A DNA stretch of 58,516 bases, taken from positions 1 through 58,516 of the forward strand of contig JAHEEN010000003.1 of NCBI GenBank assembly GCA_024640685.1, given 5' to 3'. The notes under the pieces were generated by a model that saw only the letters and a program-made list of their open reading frames with translations, was not told the DNA's origin and searched no databases. This DNA is from Rhodospirillaceae bacterium. GTDB lineage: Bacteria; Pseudomonadota; Gammaproteobacteria; Steroidobacterales; Rariloculaceae. The position numbers and the translations under genes were made by a program. This document shows positions 19,554-28,904 of the stretch, piece after piece (positions within the stretch are counted from its first letter, which is position 1; every line of letters starts with the position of its first letter).

Positions 19554-20075
19554 TTGGCCGTGACGGATGCCGCGCCGAAACTCGTAACAGTCGGTCGAAT
19601 CATCGGCGCTTGGGGTGTCAAGGGCTGGGTGCGGGTGCGCTCGTTCACGGAGCCACCTGACAATATCGCCGGATTTCCCGTTTGGACCCTGTGCCGCGAG
19701 GGCCGCAAATTGCAACGCCGGCTCGAGCAAGGCCGGTTGCACGGTCGCGGGCAGATCGTCGCGAAGCTCGAATCGGTCGCGGATCGTGATGCGGCGGCGG
19801 CACTGGCCGGCACCGACGTGGCCGTTGCACGCTCGGATTTCGAGTCTTGCGCAGATGGCGAGTACTACTGGGCCGATCTCGAGGGTCTCGAGGTCGTCAC
19901 GGTCGATGGACAGTCGTTCGGGCGCATCGATCATCTACTGCGAACCGGAAGTAACGATGTGCTCGTGGTGCGCGGCGAGCGGGAGCGCTTGATTCCGTTC
20001 GTGGACGGTGACGTCGTGAAGACCGTCGACATCGACGGTGGCCGCGTCGTCGTCGATTGGGATCCCGATTTTTAG
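19554..20075 (+). CDS. rimM: Ribosome maturation factor RimM
   Basis: VGRIIGAWGVKGW, EYYWADLEG, TGSNDVL and VDWDPDF; operon position. Confidence 0.95.
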   Translation: MAVTDAAPKLVTVGRIIGAWGVKGWVRVRSFTEPPDNIAGFPVWTLCREGRKLQRRLEQGRLHGRGQIVAKLESVADRDAAAALAGTDVAVARSDFESCADGEYYWADLEGLEVVTVDGQSFGRIDHLLRTGSNDVLVVRGERERLIPFVDGDVVKTVDIDGGRVVVDWDPDF

Positions 20076-20083
20076 GTGGGCCG

Positions 20084-20848
20084 ATGTTCGACGTTGCAGT
20101 CGTTACGTTACTGCCGGAGCTCATCGAGCCGGTTGCGCAGTGGGGCGTCGTCGGGCGCGCCTGCGAGCGCGGGCTCATACGCGTCACGTGTGTATCGCCG
20201 CGGGATTTCGCGCCGGATCCGCATCGCACCGTGGACGATCGCCCCTACGGTGGCGGTCCGGGCATGGTCATGAAGTACGCCCCGCTGCGCGACGCGATTA
20301 GGGCAGCGCAGGGGAGCCAGCCGCCCGGCTGTCGAGCATATCTCTTGAGTGCCCAGGGCCGTGTGCTCGACCAGAGCCTCGTCGAGGAGCTCGCTGGCGC
20401 GCCTGGGCTGTTGCTCGTTGCCGGCCGCTACGAAGGCATCGACGAGCGCGTCGTCACGCACCTCGGTATCGAGGAACTTGCGGTTGGCGAGTACGTGTTG
20501 AGTGGCGGCGAGATTGCCGCCGCGCTCGTCATCGATGCCGTCGCGCGGCTATTGCCCGGGGTGTTGGGTCACGAGGCATCGGCGCAGCAGGACTCGTATA
20601 CGACTGGGTTGCTCGATTCTCCGCATTACACTCGTCCGGAACGCGTCGATGGGCTCGACGTGCCGTCCGTGCTGCTGGAGGGCAATCATGAAGCGATCCG
20701 GCGCTGGCGACTGAAGCAGGCGCTGGGCCGCACGTGGCTGCGCCGTCCGGCGTTGCTAGCCAAACGAACGCTCAGTGACGAGGAGGCGCAGCTCCTCGAA
20801 GAATTCAAGGCGGAATCTGGCCTTGGACCCGATCGGCACGATCAGTAA
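20084..20848 (+). CDS. trmD: tRNA (guanine37-N1)-methyltransferase
   Basis: VDDRPYGGGPGMV, GRYEGIDER, YVLSGGE and PHYTRP. Confidence 0.97.
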   Translation: MFDVAVVTLLPELIEPVAQWGVVGRACERGLIRVTCVSPRDFAPDPHRTVDDRPYGGGPGMVMKYAPLRDAIRAAQGSQPPGCRAYLLSAQGRVLDQSLVEELAGAPGLLLVAGRYEGIDERVVTHLGIEELAVGEYVLSGGEIAAALVIDAVARLLPGVLGHEASAQQDSYTTGLLDSPHYTRPERVDGLDVPSVLLEGNHEAIRRWRLKQALGRTWLRRPALLAKRTLSDEEAQLLEEFKAESGLGPDRHDQ

Positions 20849-20947
20849 GCGAATTGTAATGGCGAAGTGCCGCGAGTCACGGTAACCTTCCGCGCTAGGA
20901 TGAGCGCACGGCACGCGTGGAGCGGCGGGAAATAGAGGGATCGAACC

Positions 20948-21292
20948 ATGTCTAAGTTGATATCGGAGCTCGAGCAGGAACAGCTCAAGCAGGACGTACC
21001 GGCGTTCGGGCCGGGCGATACGGTCGTCGTGCATGTCCGCGTTACCGAAGGCAACCGCGAGCGCCTGCAGGCCTACGAAGGCGTCGTCATCGCCAAGCGC
21101 AACCGCGGTTTGAACTCGTCGTTTACGGTTCGCAAGATCTCGCATGGCGAAGGTGTCGAGCGTGTCTTTCAAACGCACAGCCCGGCCGTCGCTAAGATCG
21201 AGCTCAAGCGACGCGGGGACGTGCGCCGGGCGAAGCTCTACTACCTCAGAGAGCGCAGCGGTAAGTCGGCGCGGATCAAGGAAAAGATCTAG
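20948..21292 (+). CDS. rplS: 50S ribosomal protein L19
   Basis: [23 protein letters not shown] and [10 protein letters not shown]. Confidence 0.98.
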   Translation: MSKLISELEQEQLKQDVPAFGPGDTVVVHVRVTEGNRERLQAYEGVVIAKRNRGLNSSFTVRKISHGEGVERVFQTHSPAVAKIELKRRGDVRRAKLYYLRERSGKSARIKEKI

Positions 21293-21335
21293 CGGTTTCG
21301 ACCGTCGTGCGGTCGACACGCGCTGCAGTGGGTCG

Positions 21336-22190
21336 ATGGGTGACTGGCGACAGCTAGCTGCGATTGGATGTCTCGTGCCGGCGTTGGCGATGGGCGGCTG
21401 CGCGTCGCTGATCGGTAATCGTGCCGCCGATACGCTGTCAGCGGCCGTATTGAATCAAGACGATCCCGGCATCGTCGAGAGCGGACTGCCGGCCTATCTG
21501 TTAATCGTCGACGGCTTCGTCGCGCAAGATCCGGAGAATGCCGGCTTGCTCGCTGGCGGCGCGCAGCTCTATGCGCTTTACGGCTCCCGATTCGAACCGG
21601 ATCAAGACCACGCTGCCGTGTTGACGGAGAAGGCGCGACGCTACGGCCAGCGCGCGCTGTGTCTCGAGCATGAGCCGGCATGTCGTTGGGCAACACTGAG
21701 CTATGAGCCGTTCGTCGCTGAGCTCGCGACGCTGACCAAGCGGCATACGGACGCCCTCTATGCCTATGCCGTTAGCTGGCTCAGTCACCTCTCGGTGACG
21801 AGCAGCGATTGGACGGCGGTTGCCGAGCTTCCGTGGGTACAGGCTGCGCTCGAGCGGCTGCTCGAGCTCGACGAGCAATACGATGACGGTGGCGTGCATA
21901 CGTATCTCGGCATTTTAAACTCGTTGCGGCCGCCGGCGCTCGGCGGCCGGCCGGACGTAGCAAAGGCCCATTTTGAGAGGTCCATCGAACTTTCGGCCGG
22001 TCTGGACCTCTCTACCAAGGTAGAATACGCACGACGTTATGCGCGAATGATGTTTGATCAAGAGCTACACGATCGGCTTCTCGAGGAAGTCATCGCAGCG
22101 CCCACGCAAGCGCCGGGTCGAACGTTGTTCAACGTGCTCGCCAAGCGCGATGCTGCGGAATTGTTGGAGACCTCCACGGAGTATTTTTAA
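21336..22190 (+). CDS. TRAP transporter T-component (TatT) lipoprotein
   Basis: Lipoprotein signal ending AMGGC; DDPGIVESGLPAYL and PPALGG..AKAHFERS helical motifs; stop overlaps the dctP start (TAATG). Confidence 0.82.
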   Translation: MGDWRQLAAIGCLVPALAMGGCASLIGNRAADTLSAAVLNQDDPGIVESGLPAYLLIVDGFVAQDPENAGLLAGGAQLYALYGSRFEPDQDHAAVLTEKARRYGQRALCLEHEPACRWATLSYEPFVAELATLTKRHTDALYAYAVSWLSHLSVTSSDWTAVAELPWVQAALERLLELDEQYDDGGVHTYLGILNSLRPPALGGRPDVAKAHFERSIELSAGLDLSTKVEYARRYARMMFDQELHDRLLEEVIAAPTQAPGRTLFNVLAKRDAAELLETSTEYF

Positions 22191-23233
22191 TGGCTACGTC
22201 GGGACCTTCTAAGCTTGCCGCTTTCATCGGATCTGTCGTTGCGATTGCTATCGTTTGGGCTGGTACGTCTGCAACCGGTGTTGCACAGGAGATCAAGGTC
22301 GCGACGGTTGCGCCCGACGGCTCGAGCTGGATGCAAGAAATGCGTGCCGGCGCCGCCGAGATTCGCGATCGCACCGACGGTCGCGTCGTCATGAAATTCT
22401 ATCCTGGCGGCGTCATGGGCAGCGATTCGCAAGTTCTACGGAAGATCCGCGTCGGGCAGCTGCAAGGTGGCGCGTTTGCCGGCAGCGGGTTGGCCGAGCG
22501 ATTCTCCGGGTTCAACCTCTATGGGATTCCGTTGCTGTTTCAGTCGTTCGACGAGGTCGACTACGTCCGTGAGCGATTCGACCCGGCGCTGGCTGAAGGT
22601 CTTGAGCAGGCCGGTTTCGTCAGCTTCGGATTCATCGAGGGCGGCTTCGCGCACGTTATGGCCAATCAGCCGATCACGGCCGTCGAGGACATGCGTCGGC
22701 AGAAAGTCTGGAGCCCGGAAGGAGACCCAATCGGCTTCATGGTCCTCGAGCAAATGGGTCTGTCGCCGGTCGTGTTGCCGCCGACCGATGTGCTGACGGG
22801 TCTGCAAACTGGATTACTCGACGTTGTCGCTGCCTCGCCGATTGTCGCGCTCGTGTTGCAGTGGCATACGAAAATACAGTACGTGACCGACCTGCCGATC
22901 GCGTACGGGGTCGGTATCTTTGCGCTCGATCGGCGCGCGTTTGGTCGGCTTACGGCCGACGACCAACAAATCGTCACCGAGGTCATGGGGCGGGTCATGC
23001 GCGGACTCGACGAGGCGGCGCGGGCCGACGGCCACGAGGCCCGTGATGTGCTGCAGGCCTCCGGGCTCGAGTTCGTGCCGGTCAATCGCGGCGATATCGC
23101 TGGATGGCGGCAAACGATCGAAGAGGTCTATCCGGCGCTTCGCGCACGCAATGACATCGACGCTACGCTGTTCGATCAGCTGTTGGACTTGCTAGCAGAG
23201 TACCGTGGCGAGTCAGTTGCTCAAGCTGACTGA
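22190..23233 (+). CDS. TRAP substrate-binding protein (DctP/TatP type)
   Basis: IKVATVAPDGSSW, YPGGVMG, RKIRVGQLQG and LQTGLLD; signal peptide. Confidence 0.9.
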   Translation: MATSGPSKLAAFIGSVVAIAIVWAGTSATGVAQEIKVATVAPDGSSWMQEMRAGAAEIRDRTDGRVVMKFYPGGVMGSDSQVLRKIRVGQLQGGAFAGSGLAERFSGFNLYGIPLLFQSFDEVDYVRERFDPALAEGLEQAGFVSFGFIEGGFAHVMANQPITAVEDMRRQKVWSPEGDPIGFMVLEQMGLSPVVLPPTDVLTGLQTGLLDVVAASPIVALVLQWHTKIQYVTDLPIAYGVGIFALDRRAFGRLTADDQQIVTEVMGRVMRGLDEAARADGHEARDVLQASGLEFVPVNRGDIAGWRQTIEEVYPALRARNDIDATLFDQLLDLLAEYRGESVAQAD

Positions 23234-23272
23234 CGTTTTCCGGTTCGATCGGGCGGTAACCCAAGGCTCGAC

Positions 23273-23767
23273 ATGACTGCCCGCTGGCGCCACGCGCTCG
23301 ACAAGCTCGAGCGCAGCGCGCGCTGCCTCGAAAATGGGTTTCTTGTCGTGCTGCTCGGCGCGCTCGTCGCGCTCTCGAGCTCGCAAATTCTGCTACGCAA
23401 CGTCTTCTCGACGAGCCTCGCTTGGGGCGACGAGGCAGTGCGGCTTCTCGTGCTGTGGCTCGCGCTCATCGGGGCGATGGCAGCCAGTCGCGATGGGCGG
23501 CAGATTCGCATCGACGTGCTGCCGCGGTTGTTGCCGGAACGTTGGCTGTGGATGCCGGAGGCCGTCACGGCAGCATTCACGACAGTCGTCTGCACGGCGT
23601 TTGCATGGCATTCGACGCGTTTCGTGTTGGACTCGCACGCATTCGGCGACACGTTGTTGGGCGAGCAACCTGCTTGGCTCGTACAGGTCATCCTGCCGAT
23701 CGGCTTTGGCATCATGGCCTATCGCTACCTGGCGCGCGCGATTCGGGCGGTCGTCGAGAGACACTGA
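23273..23767 (+). CDS. TRAP small permease (DctQ)
   Basis: Four TM segments; QILLRN, WGDE..R...W...GA and IRID. Confidence 0.9.
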   Translation: MTARWRHALDKLERSARCLENGFLVVLLGALVALSSSQILLRNVFSTSLAWGDEAVRLLVLWLALIGAMAASRDGRQIRIDVLPRLLPERWLWMPEAVTAAFTTVVCTAFAWHSTRFVLDSHAFGDTLLGEQPAWLVQVILPIGFGIMAYRYLARAIRAVVERH

Positions 23768-23768
23768 C

Positions 23769-25025
23769 ATGCTCGTGTCCTCGTTACTGCTGTTGATCGT
23801 CGCATTGCTCGGCGCTCCGCTGTTCGCGGTGATAGCCGCAAGCGCTATGTTTGGTTTCTACAGCGCAGAGATCGATCTGTCGATCGTCGCGATCGAATTC
23901 TTCGGGCTCGCCGAAATGCCGATCCTGCTTGCAATCCCACTATTTACGTTTGCCGGCTTTCTGCTCAGCGAGAGTAATGCGCCGCAACGGCTGGTGCGAC
24001 TCTCGCAAGCGATGCTCGGTTGGCTGCCGGGTGGGCTCGCAATCGTCTGTCTTGCGGTCTGCGCGCTGTTTACGGCGTTCACCGGCGCGTCGGGCGTCAC
24101 GATCATCGCGCTGGGTGCGCTGTTCTACCCAGCACTCAAAGGTGCCGGTTATCGCGACGACTTCAGTCTAGGGCTCATTACGACGTCGGGTAGTCTCGGG
24201 CTGCTGTTCGCGCCGTCATTGCCGTTGATTCTGTACGGCGTCGTCGCAAGCACGTCGATCGATTCTCTGTTCGTCGCCGGGGTCCTTCCCGGACTGCTGC
24301 TGGTTTTCGTCCTGGCTATCTACAGCTATTGGCGCAATCGGTCGCTGTATGTGGCTTGGAACGACGGCTCTGCAGAGGAGTTACGTCACGCGTTTCGGGA
24401 ATCGATTTGGGAGCTGCCGCTGCCGGTCGTCGTCCTTGGCGGTATCTACAGTGGTTACTTTGCGGTCTCCGAGGCCGCTGCTGTCACCGTCCTGTATGTC
24501 TTCGTTGTCGAAGCGCTCGTGCTCCGGGAGATCCGTCTCGCGCAGCTGCCCGACATCATTCGCGAATCGATGGTACTCGTCGGCGCGATCTTCATGATTC
24601 TCGGCGTCTCACTGGCGTCGACAAATTACATGATCGATATTGGGGTTCCGGAAAGGTTATTCGCGTTAATTGACTCGTACGTTAGCGGACAAGCGTCGTT
24701 CCTGTTTGCGCTGATCGTTTTCTTGCTCGTGCTCGGTGCGATTCTCGATATTTTTTCGGCATTGGTATTGGTCGTTCCACTGATTACGCCGATTGCGGCT
24801 CGGTACGGAATCGATCCAATTCATCTCGGCATATTGTTTCTCGCGACTATGGAGCTCGGTTATTTGACGCCGCCGGTCGGGCTCAATCTGTTCATATCTA
24901 GTTTCCGCTTCGATCGTAGTATCGTATCTATATATAGATCGACGTTGCCGTTTTTCTTCGTGCTGTTGTGCGCTGTGTTCTTGATTGCCTACGTTCCATG
25001 GCTATCGTTGGTGCTGGTGCAGTGA
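23769..25025 (+). CDS. TRAP large permease (DctM)
   Basis: LLAIPLFTFAG, GSLGLLFAPS and YLTPPVGLNLF. Confidence 0.93.
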   Translation: MLVSSLLLLIVALLGAPLFAVIAASAMFGFYSAEIDLSIVAIEFFGLAEMPILLAIPLFTFAGFLLSESNAPQRLVRLSQAMLGWLPGGLAIVCLAVCALFTAFTGASGVTIIALGALFYPALKGAGYRDDFSLGLITTSGSLGLLFAPSLPLILYGVVASTSIDSLFVAGVLPGLLLVFVLAIYSYWRNRSLYVAWNDGSAEELRHAFRESIWELPLPVVVLGGIYSGYFAVSEAAAVTVLYVFVVEALVLREIRLAQLPDIIRESMVLVGAIFMILGVSLASTNYMIDIGVPERLFALIDSYVSGQASFLFALIVFLLVLGAILDIFSALVLVVPLITPIAARYGIDPIHLGILFLATMELGYLTPPVGLNLFISSFRFDRSIVSIYRSTLPFFFVLLCAVFLIAYVPWLSLVLVQ

Positions 25026-25086
25026 CGGCGCGTCGCTCGCAACGGTGTCGCAGCGCGATCGCTGCAGATTAGGAGGGTCGAGACTC

Positions 25087-26940
25087 ATGCAGGCCGTATC
25101 GTTCGTACGAAGGCTATTCGGTTGGTTCTGGAAGATAGTTCAGGGCGTGCGCATTGCCGTTTGGTCCCTCGTGTTTCTGTTCATGTTAGTCCTCGTCTTG
25201 GCGAGCTTCGCGCCCGATGTGCCGCAGATTGCGGAGCGCACTGCACTGGTCATCGCGCCGCAGGGTGCCCTCGTCGATCAGCTGTCCGGTGACCCTCTCG
25301 ACCAAGCGCTCGCGAGGGCACGTGGCGTGCCGGTGCAGGAAACGTTGCTGCCGGACCTTCTCGAGGCGATCGAGCACGCCCGCGACGACGAGCGCGTCAA
25401 AGTGTTGTTGCTGAAGCTCGATGACCTAGGTGCTGCGGGGCTGAGCAAGCTGCAGGCTTTGGGCGACGAGATATTACGCTTCAAGGAGAGTGACAAGCCC
25501 GTCATCGCCGTTGGCGATACGTTTACGCGCAACCAATATTATCTGGCCGCACACGCGGACCAGATCTTCATGAACCCGATGGGGTTCGTCTATATCGACG
25601 GGTTCAGTCGGTTCGTGCCGTACTACAGAGCCGCGATCGAGAAGCTACTCGTCGACGTTCATGTCTGGCGGGTCGGCGAGTACAAGTCATTCGTCGAGCC
25701 GATACTGCGCGACGATATGTCCGAGGCCGACCGCGAATCTGCGGAGGCCTATCTGGGTGCATTGTGGGATGCGTACCAAGCCGACGTGACTGCTGCGCGT
25801 GGTCTGATGCCCGATGCGTTGCAGATCTATGCGGAGGACGCCGTTACGTTGCTCGAGGAAGCCAACGGGAATACCGCGAGGCTTGCGGTCAACCGAGAGC
25901 TCGTCGATGAGCTGCTGTCGCGTAACGAGATCACTGATCGAATACGCCCGCTCGTCGATCCCGAGCTCGAAGACTCCGATGACTTCTCGGCGGTCGGCTA
26001 CGCTGATTACCTGCGGGAAGTCCGCTTCGGCGCGAGTGACACGGCCGATTCGGACGCTGTCGCCGTGCTCGTTGCGGCAGGCACGATTCTCGACGGTGAG
26101 CAGCCGCCGGGCACTGTCGGTGGCGATTCGACGGCGGCGCTGGTTCGGGCCGCGAGCCGGGACGAATCCATCAAGGCCCTCGTGCTTCGCGTCGATAGTC
26201 CAGGCGGCAGCGCATTTGCCTCGGAAGTCATACGCAGTGAGCTCGAAGCGTTCCAGCAAAGCGGCCGGCCGCTCGTCGTCTCGATGGGCAGCGTCGCGGC
26301 GTCGGGCGGCTACTGGATCTCGATGACGGCCGATGAGATTTGGGCGAGCCCAACGACGCTGACCGGGTCGATTGGCGTCGGTGCGACGTTGCCGACTGTG
26401 CCGCGCCTGCTCGATGCGCTCGGTATCCACGTCGATGGGCTCGGCACGACAGCGCTCGCAGGCCAGATCGATCTGACGCGCGAGCTCGGACCGGATGCGC
26501 AGCAATTGCTAGGGCAAGCGATCAACTACAGCTACACGGACTTCATCACGAAGGTGGCCGAGCATCGTGACCGAGACGTGCCCTCGATAGATGCGGTCGC
26601 GCGTGGCAGGGTCTGGATCGCAGATCAGGCACTGGAGCACGAGCTGATCGACCGGCTCGGTGACCTCGACGATGCGATCGAATCCGCCGCCGAGCTTGCG
26701 GGTCTCGAGCCCGAGGACTATGCGATTCGCTATGTCGAGCGTGAGTTAGGCTTTGCTGAGCGCGTTGCTTTGGAGCTGATCGGCCGTGCGGCGCCGTACC
26801 TGAGCGCCGCGCGACTTCCGCTACAGTTCTCCGCTGGCTTTCAGCGGCTGCTGGAGATTGCGGCCGAGCCGATCAAATGGGTCGATGGGCTCAACGATCC
26901 GCGCCACATCTACGCGTACTGTTTCTGCGACATTCGTTAG
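25087..26940 (+). CDS. sppA: Signal peptide peptidase SppA (67K type)
   Basis: N-terminal TM, VGEYKS, RVDSPGGS, AASGGY, TGSIG and GRVW. Confidence 0.94.
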   Translation: MQAVSFVRRLFGWFWKIVQGVRIAVWSLVFLFMLVLVLASFAPDVPQIAERTALVIAPQGALVDQLSGDPLDQALARARGVPVQETLLPDLLEAIEHARDDERVKVLLLKLDDLGAAGLSKLQALGDEILRFKESDKPVIAVGDTFTRNQYYLAAHADQIFMNPMGFVYIDGFSRFVPYYRAAIEKLLVDVHVWRVGEYKSFVEPILRDDMSEADRESAEAYLGALWDAYQADVTAARGLMPDALQIYAEDAVTLLEEANGNTARLAVNRELVDELLSRNEITDRIRPLVDPELEDSDDFSAVGYADYLREVRFGASDTADSDAVAVLVAAGTILDGEQPPGTVGGDSTAALVRAASRDESIKALVLRVDSPGGSAFASEVIRSELEAFQQSGRPLVVSMGSVAASGGYWISMTADEIWASPTTLTGSIGVGATLPTVPRLLDALGIHVDGLGTTALAGQIDLTRELGPDAQQLLGQAINYSYTDFITKVAEHRDRDVPSIDAVARGRVWIADQALEHELIDRLGDLDDAIESAAELAGLEPEDYAIRYVERELGFAERVALELIGRAAPYLSAARLPLQFSAGFQRLLEIAAEPIKWVDGLNDPRHIYAYCFCDIR

Positions 26941-26949
26941 CCGCGCATC

Positions 26950-27321
26950 ATGCGTCTCGATCGCTGGCTGTGGTGCACGCGATTTTTCAAGACGCGTGGG
27001 CTCGCAGCAGATGCCGTCAAAGCAGGTCACGTCCGAGTAGCCGGTCAGCGCGTGAAGCCGGCAAAAACGATTGAGTGCGGTGATTCGATCTCGGTGACAA
27101 AAGGCGTCGAGACGTGGCATCTGACGGTCTGCGCGCTTCCGGAGCGGCGCGGGCCGGCTGCGGCAGCGCAATCGTGTTACGCAGAGAGCGCTGAGTCGAT
27201 CGCCGGGCGCGCGCTTAGGCGCGGCCAACGGCGTGCGGCCATGACGATGCCGCCGACGACCGGTCGGCCGGATAAGCGAACGCGGCGTTTGATCCGATCC
27301 AGGGTCCGCGACGAGGGTTGA
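26950..27321 (+). CDS. hslR: Ribosome-associated heat shock protein Hsp15 (S4 domain)
   Basis: MRLDRWLW..RFFKTR, RRGPA and GRPDKRTRR. Confidence 0.9.
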   Translation: MRLDRWLWCTRFFKTRGLAADAVKAGHVRVAGQRVKPAKTIECGDSISVTKGVETWHLTVCALPERRGPAAAAQSCYAESAESIAGRALRRGQRRAAMTMPPTTGRPDKRTRRLIRSRVRDEG

Positions 27322-27357
27322 GTTAGCGCGCCGCCCGCGAGTGGCTGTTACAGGCCA

Positions 27358-27873
27358 CTAGTCTTCGATCAGCAGTATTTCGGGGTTCTTCGGGTAATCG
27401 TAATAGGCCAAGCTCGTGTCACTGTCGGCGATTTCGGCCCATGAGTCCGTTGCAAACTCGATTGCGACGACGCCGCAGGTCGGCAGGTTGTCGAGCCTAA
27501 ATTCTGGCAACAGTGCGTTGACGACGTCGGTAAATCCCGGGTTGTGGCCGAACAGCATCAAATCGGAAATCGTATCGTCTTGCTCTTCGATGACGGCCAG
27601 GATCGCATCGGGTGCGGCCAGATAGAGGCGTCCGTCGAGCTGCAGGAACTCGATCGGGTAACCAAGCGCGGTCGCGATTTCTCGCGCGGTCGTCGCTGCG
27701 CGAACGGCTGAGCTCGATATGATCAGCGAAGGGCGGGCTTTACGGGCCGTCAGGCGCCGCCCCATGACCCGAAGGTCGCGCTGTCCGCGGTCTGCTAGCT
27801 CGCGGTCGTGGTCGGGGCTTGCGGGGGCTGCCCAGCTCGACTTCGCATGTCGAATCAGCGTGACACGCTTCAT
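27358..27873 (-). CDS. SixA-like histidine phosphatase
   Basis: LIRHAKSSW, DHDREL, SSSAVRA and GHNPG. Confidence 0.88.
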   Translation of the reverse strand: MKRVTLIRHAKSSWAAPASPDHDRELADRGQRDLRVMGRRLTARKARPSLIISSSAVRAATTAREIATALGYPIEFLQLDGRLYLAAPDAILAVIEEQDDTISDLMLFGHNPGFTDVVNALLPEFRLDNLPTCGVVAIEFATDSWAEIADSDTSLAYYDYPKNPEILLIED

Positions 27874-27881
27874 GACAGCGG

Positions 27882-28433
27882 TTAGAGCAAGCCCGCTTCG
27901 AGCAGCGCTTCTTCGGACATCATGCTGCGATTCCACGGCGGGTCGAAGACGAGCTCGACCTCAGCGCGGTCGACGGTCGGTATCAGCTCTAGCTTCTCCT
28001 TGACGTCCTCCATCAGAATTGGGCCCATACCGCATCCCGGTGCCGTCAGCGTCATCGCGATGCGAATGACGCGCTTACCCTCGGCGTCGTTCGTGAGCTC
28101 GCACTCGTAGATCAGGCCGAGATCGACGACGTTGATTGGAATCTCGGGATCGAAGCACGTTCTGAGCTGGTCCCAGACGACGGTCTCGATCTCGGCCTCG
28201 GTGGCATCGGCACCGACGTCCGGAGGCCGCAATGGCTCTTTGCCGATCGCGTCGGCATCGACGCCGGCAATGCGAAATAAATTACCTTCGATGAAAATCG
28301 TAAAGCTGCCGCCGAGTGCTTGCGTAATGAACCCGGAGCTGCCTTCCGGCAATGTGACCTCATCGCCCGACGGGATCAGGATCGCAGGGCACTCGCGGGA
28401 GAAGACGATACGCTCGCTCTGTGGGTAGTACAT
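27882..28433 (-). CDS. sufT: Fe-S cluster assembly protein SufT (long form, DUF59)
   Basis: ITQALGGSFT, CFDPEIPINVVDLGL, MTLTAPGCGMG and VFDPPW; last gene of the suf block. Confidence 0.88.
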   Translation of the reverse strand: MYYPQSERIVFSRECPAILIPSGDEVTLPEGSSGFITQALGGSFTIFIEGNLFRIAGVDADAIGKEPLRPPDVGADATEAEIETVVWDQLRTCFDPEIPINVVDLGLIYECELTNDAEGKRVIRIAMTLTAPGCGMGPILMEDVKEKLELIPTVDRAEVELVFDPPWNRSMMSEEALLEAGLL

Positions 28434-28451
28434 CGATCGAAATTGTTACGG

Positions 28452-28904
28452 TTACTCTGTGGATACCGATTCGGTACTGTCGTTCAATGCGGTCTTCAGC
28501 GCATGCCATGCGAGGCTCGCGCATTTTACGCGACTTGGATACTCGCGTACGCCGGAGAGTGCTGCGAGCTTGCCGAGCTCCATCAGCGCCGTTTCGTCGA
28601 GCTCGCTCTCGGCCAGCATCCGATGGACCGTATCGAATAGCTGCAAGCCTTCGTCGATCGTCGCGCCCTTGACGCGCTCGGTCATCATCGATGACGAGGC
28701 AACAGAGATCGCGCAACCGGTGCCCTTGAAGCCGATGTCAGCGATACGATCACCGTCGAGCTTGACGTAGAGCGTCAGCTTGTCTCCGCACAGCGGATTG
28801 ACGCCCTCGATCGTTCGGTCTGCGTCGTCAAGCTCCGCGAAGTTCCGCGGATTCTTGTTGTGATCGAGAATGACTTCGCGATAGAGGTCTTCGAGCTCGC
28901 TCAT
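28452..28904 (-). CDS. sufU: SufU (NifU-like) Fe-S assembly protein
   Basis: LYREVILDH, NPLCGD, GCAIS and RVKCA, with the SufU-type insertion. Confidence 0.9.
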   Translation of the reverse strand: MSELEDLYREVILDHNKNPRNFAELDDADRTIEGVNPLCGDKLTLYVKLDGDRIADIGFKGTGCAISVASSSMMTERVKGATIDEGLQLFDTVHRMLAESELDETALMELGKLAALSGVREYPSRVKCASLAWHALKTALNDSTESVSTE

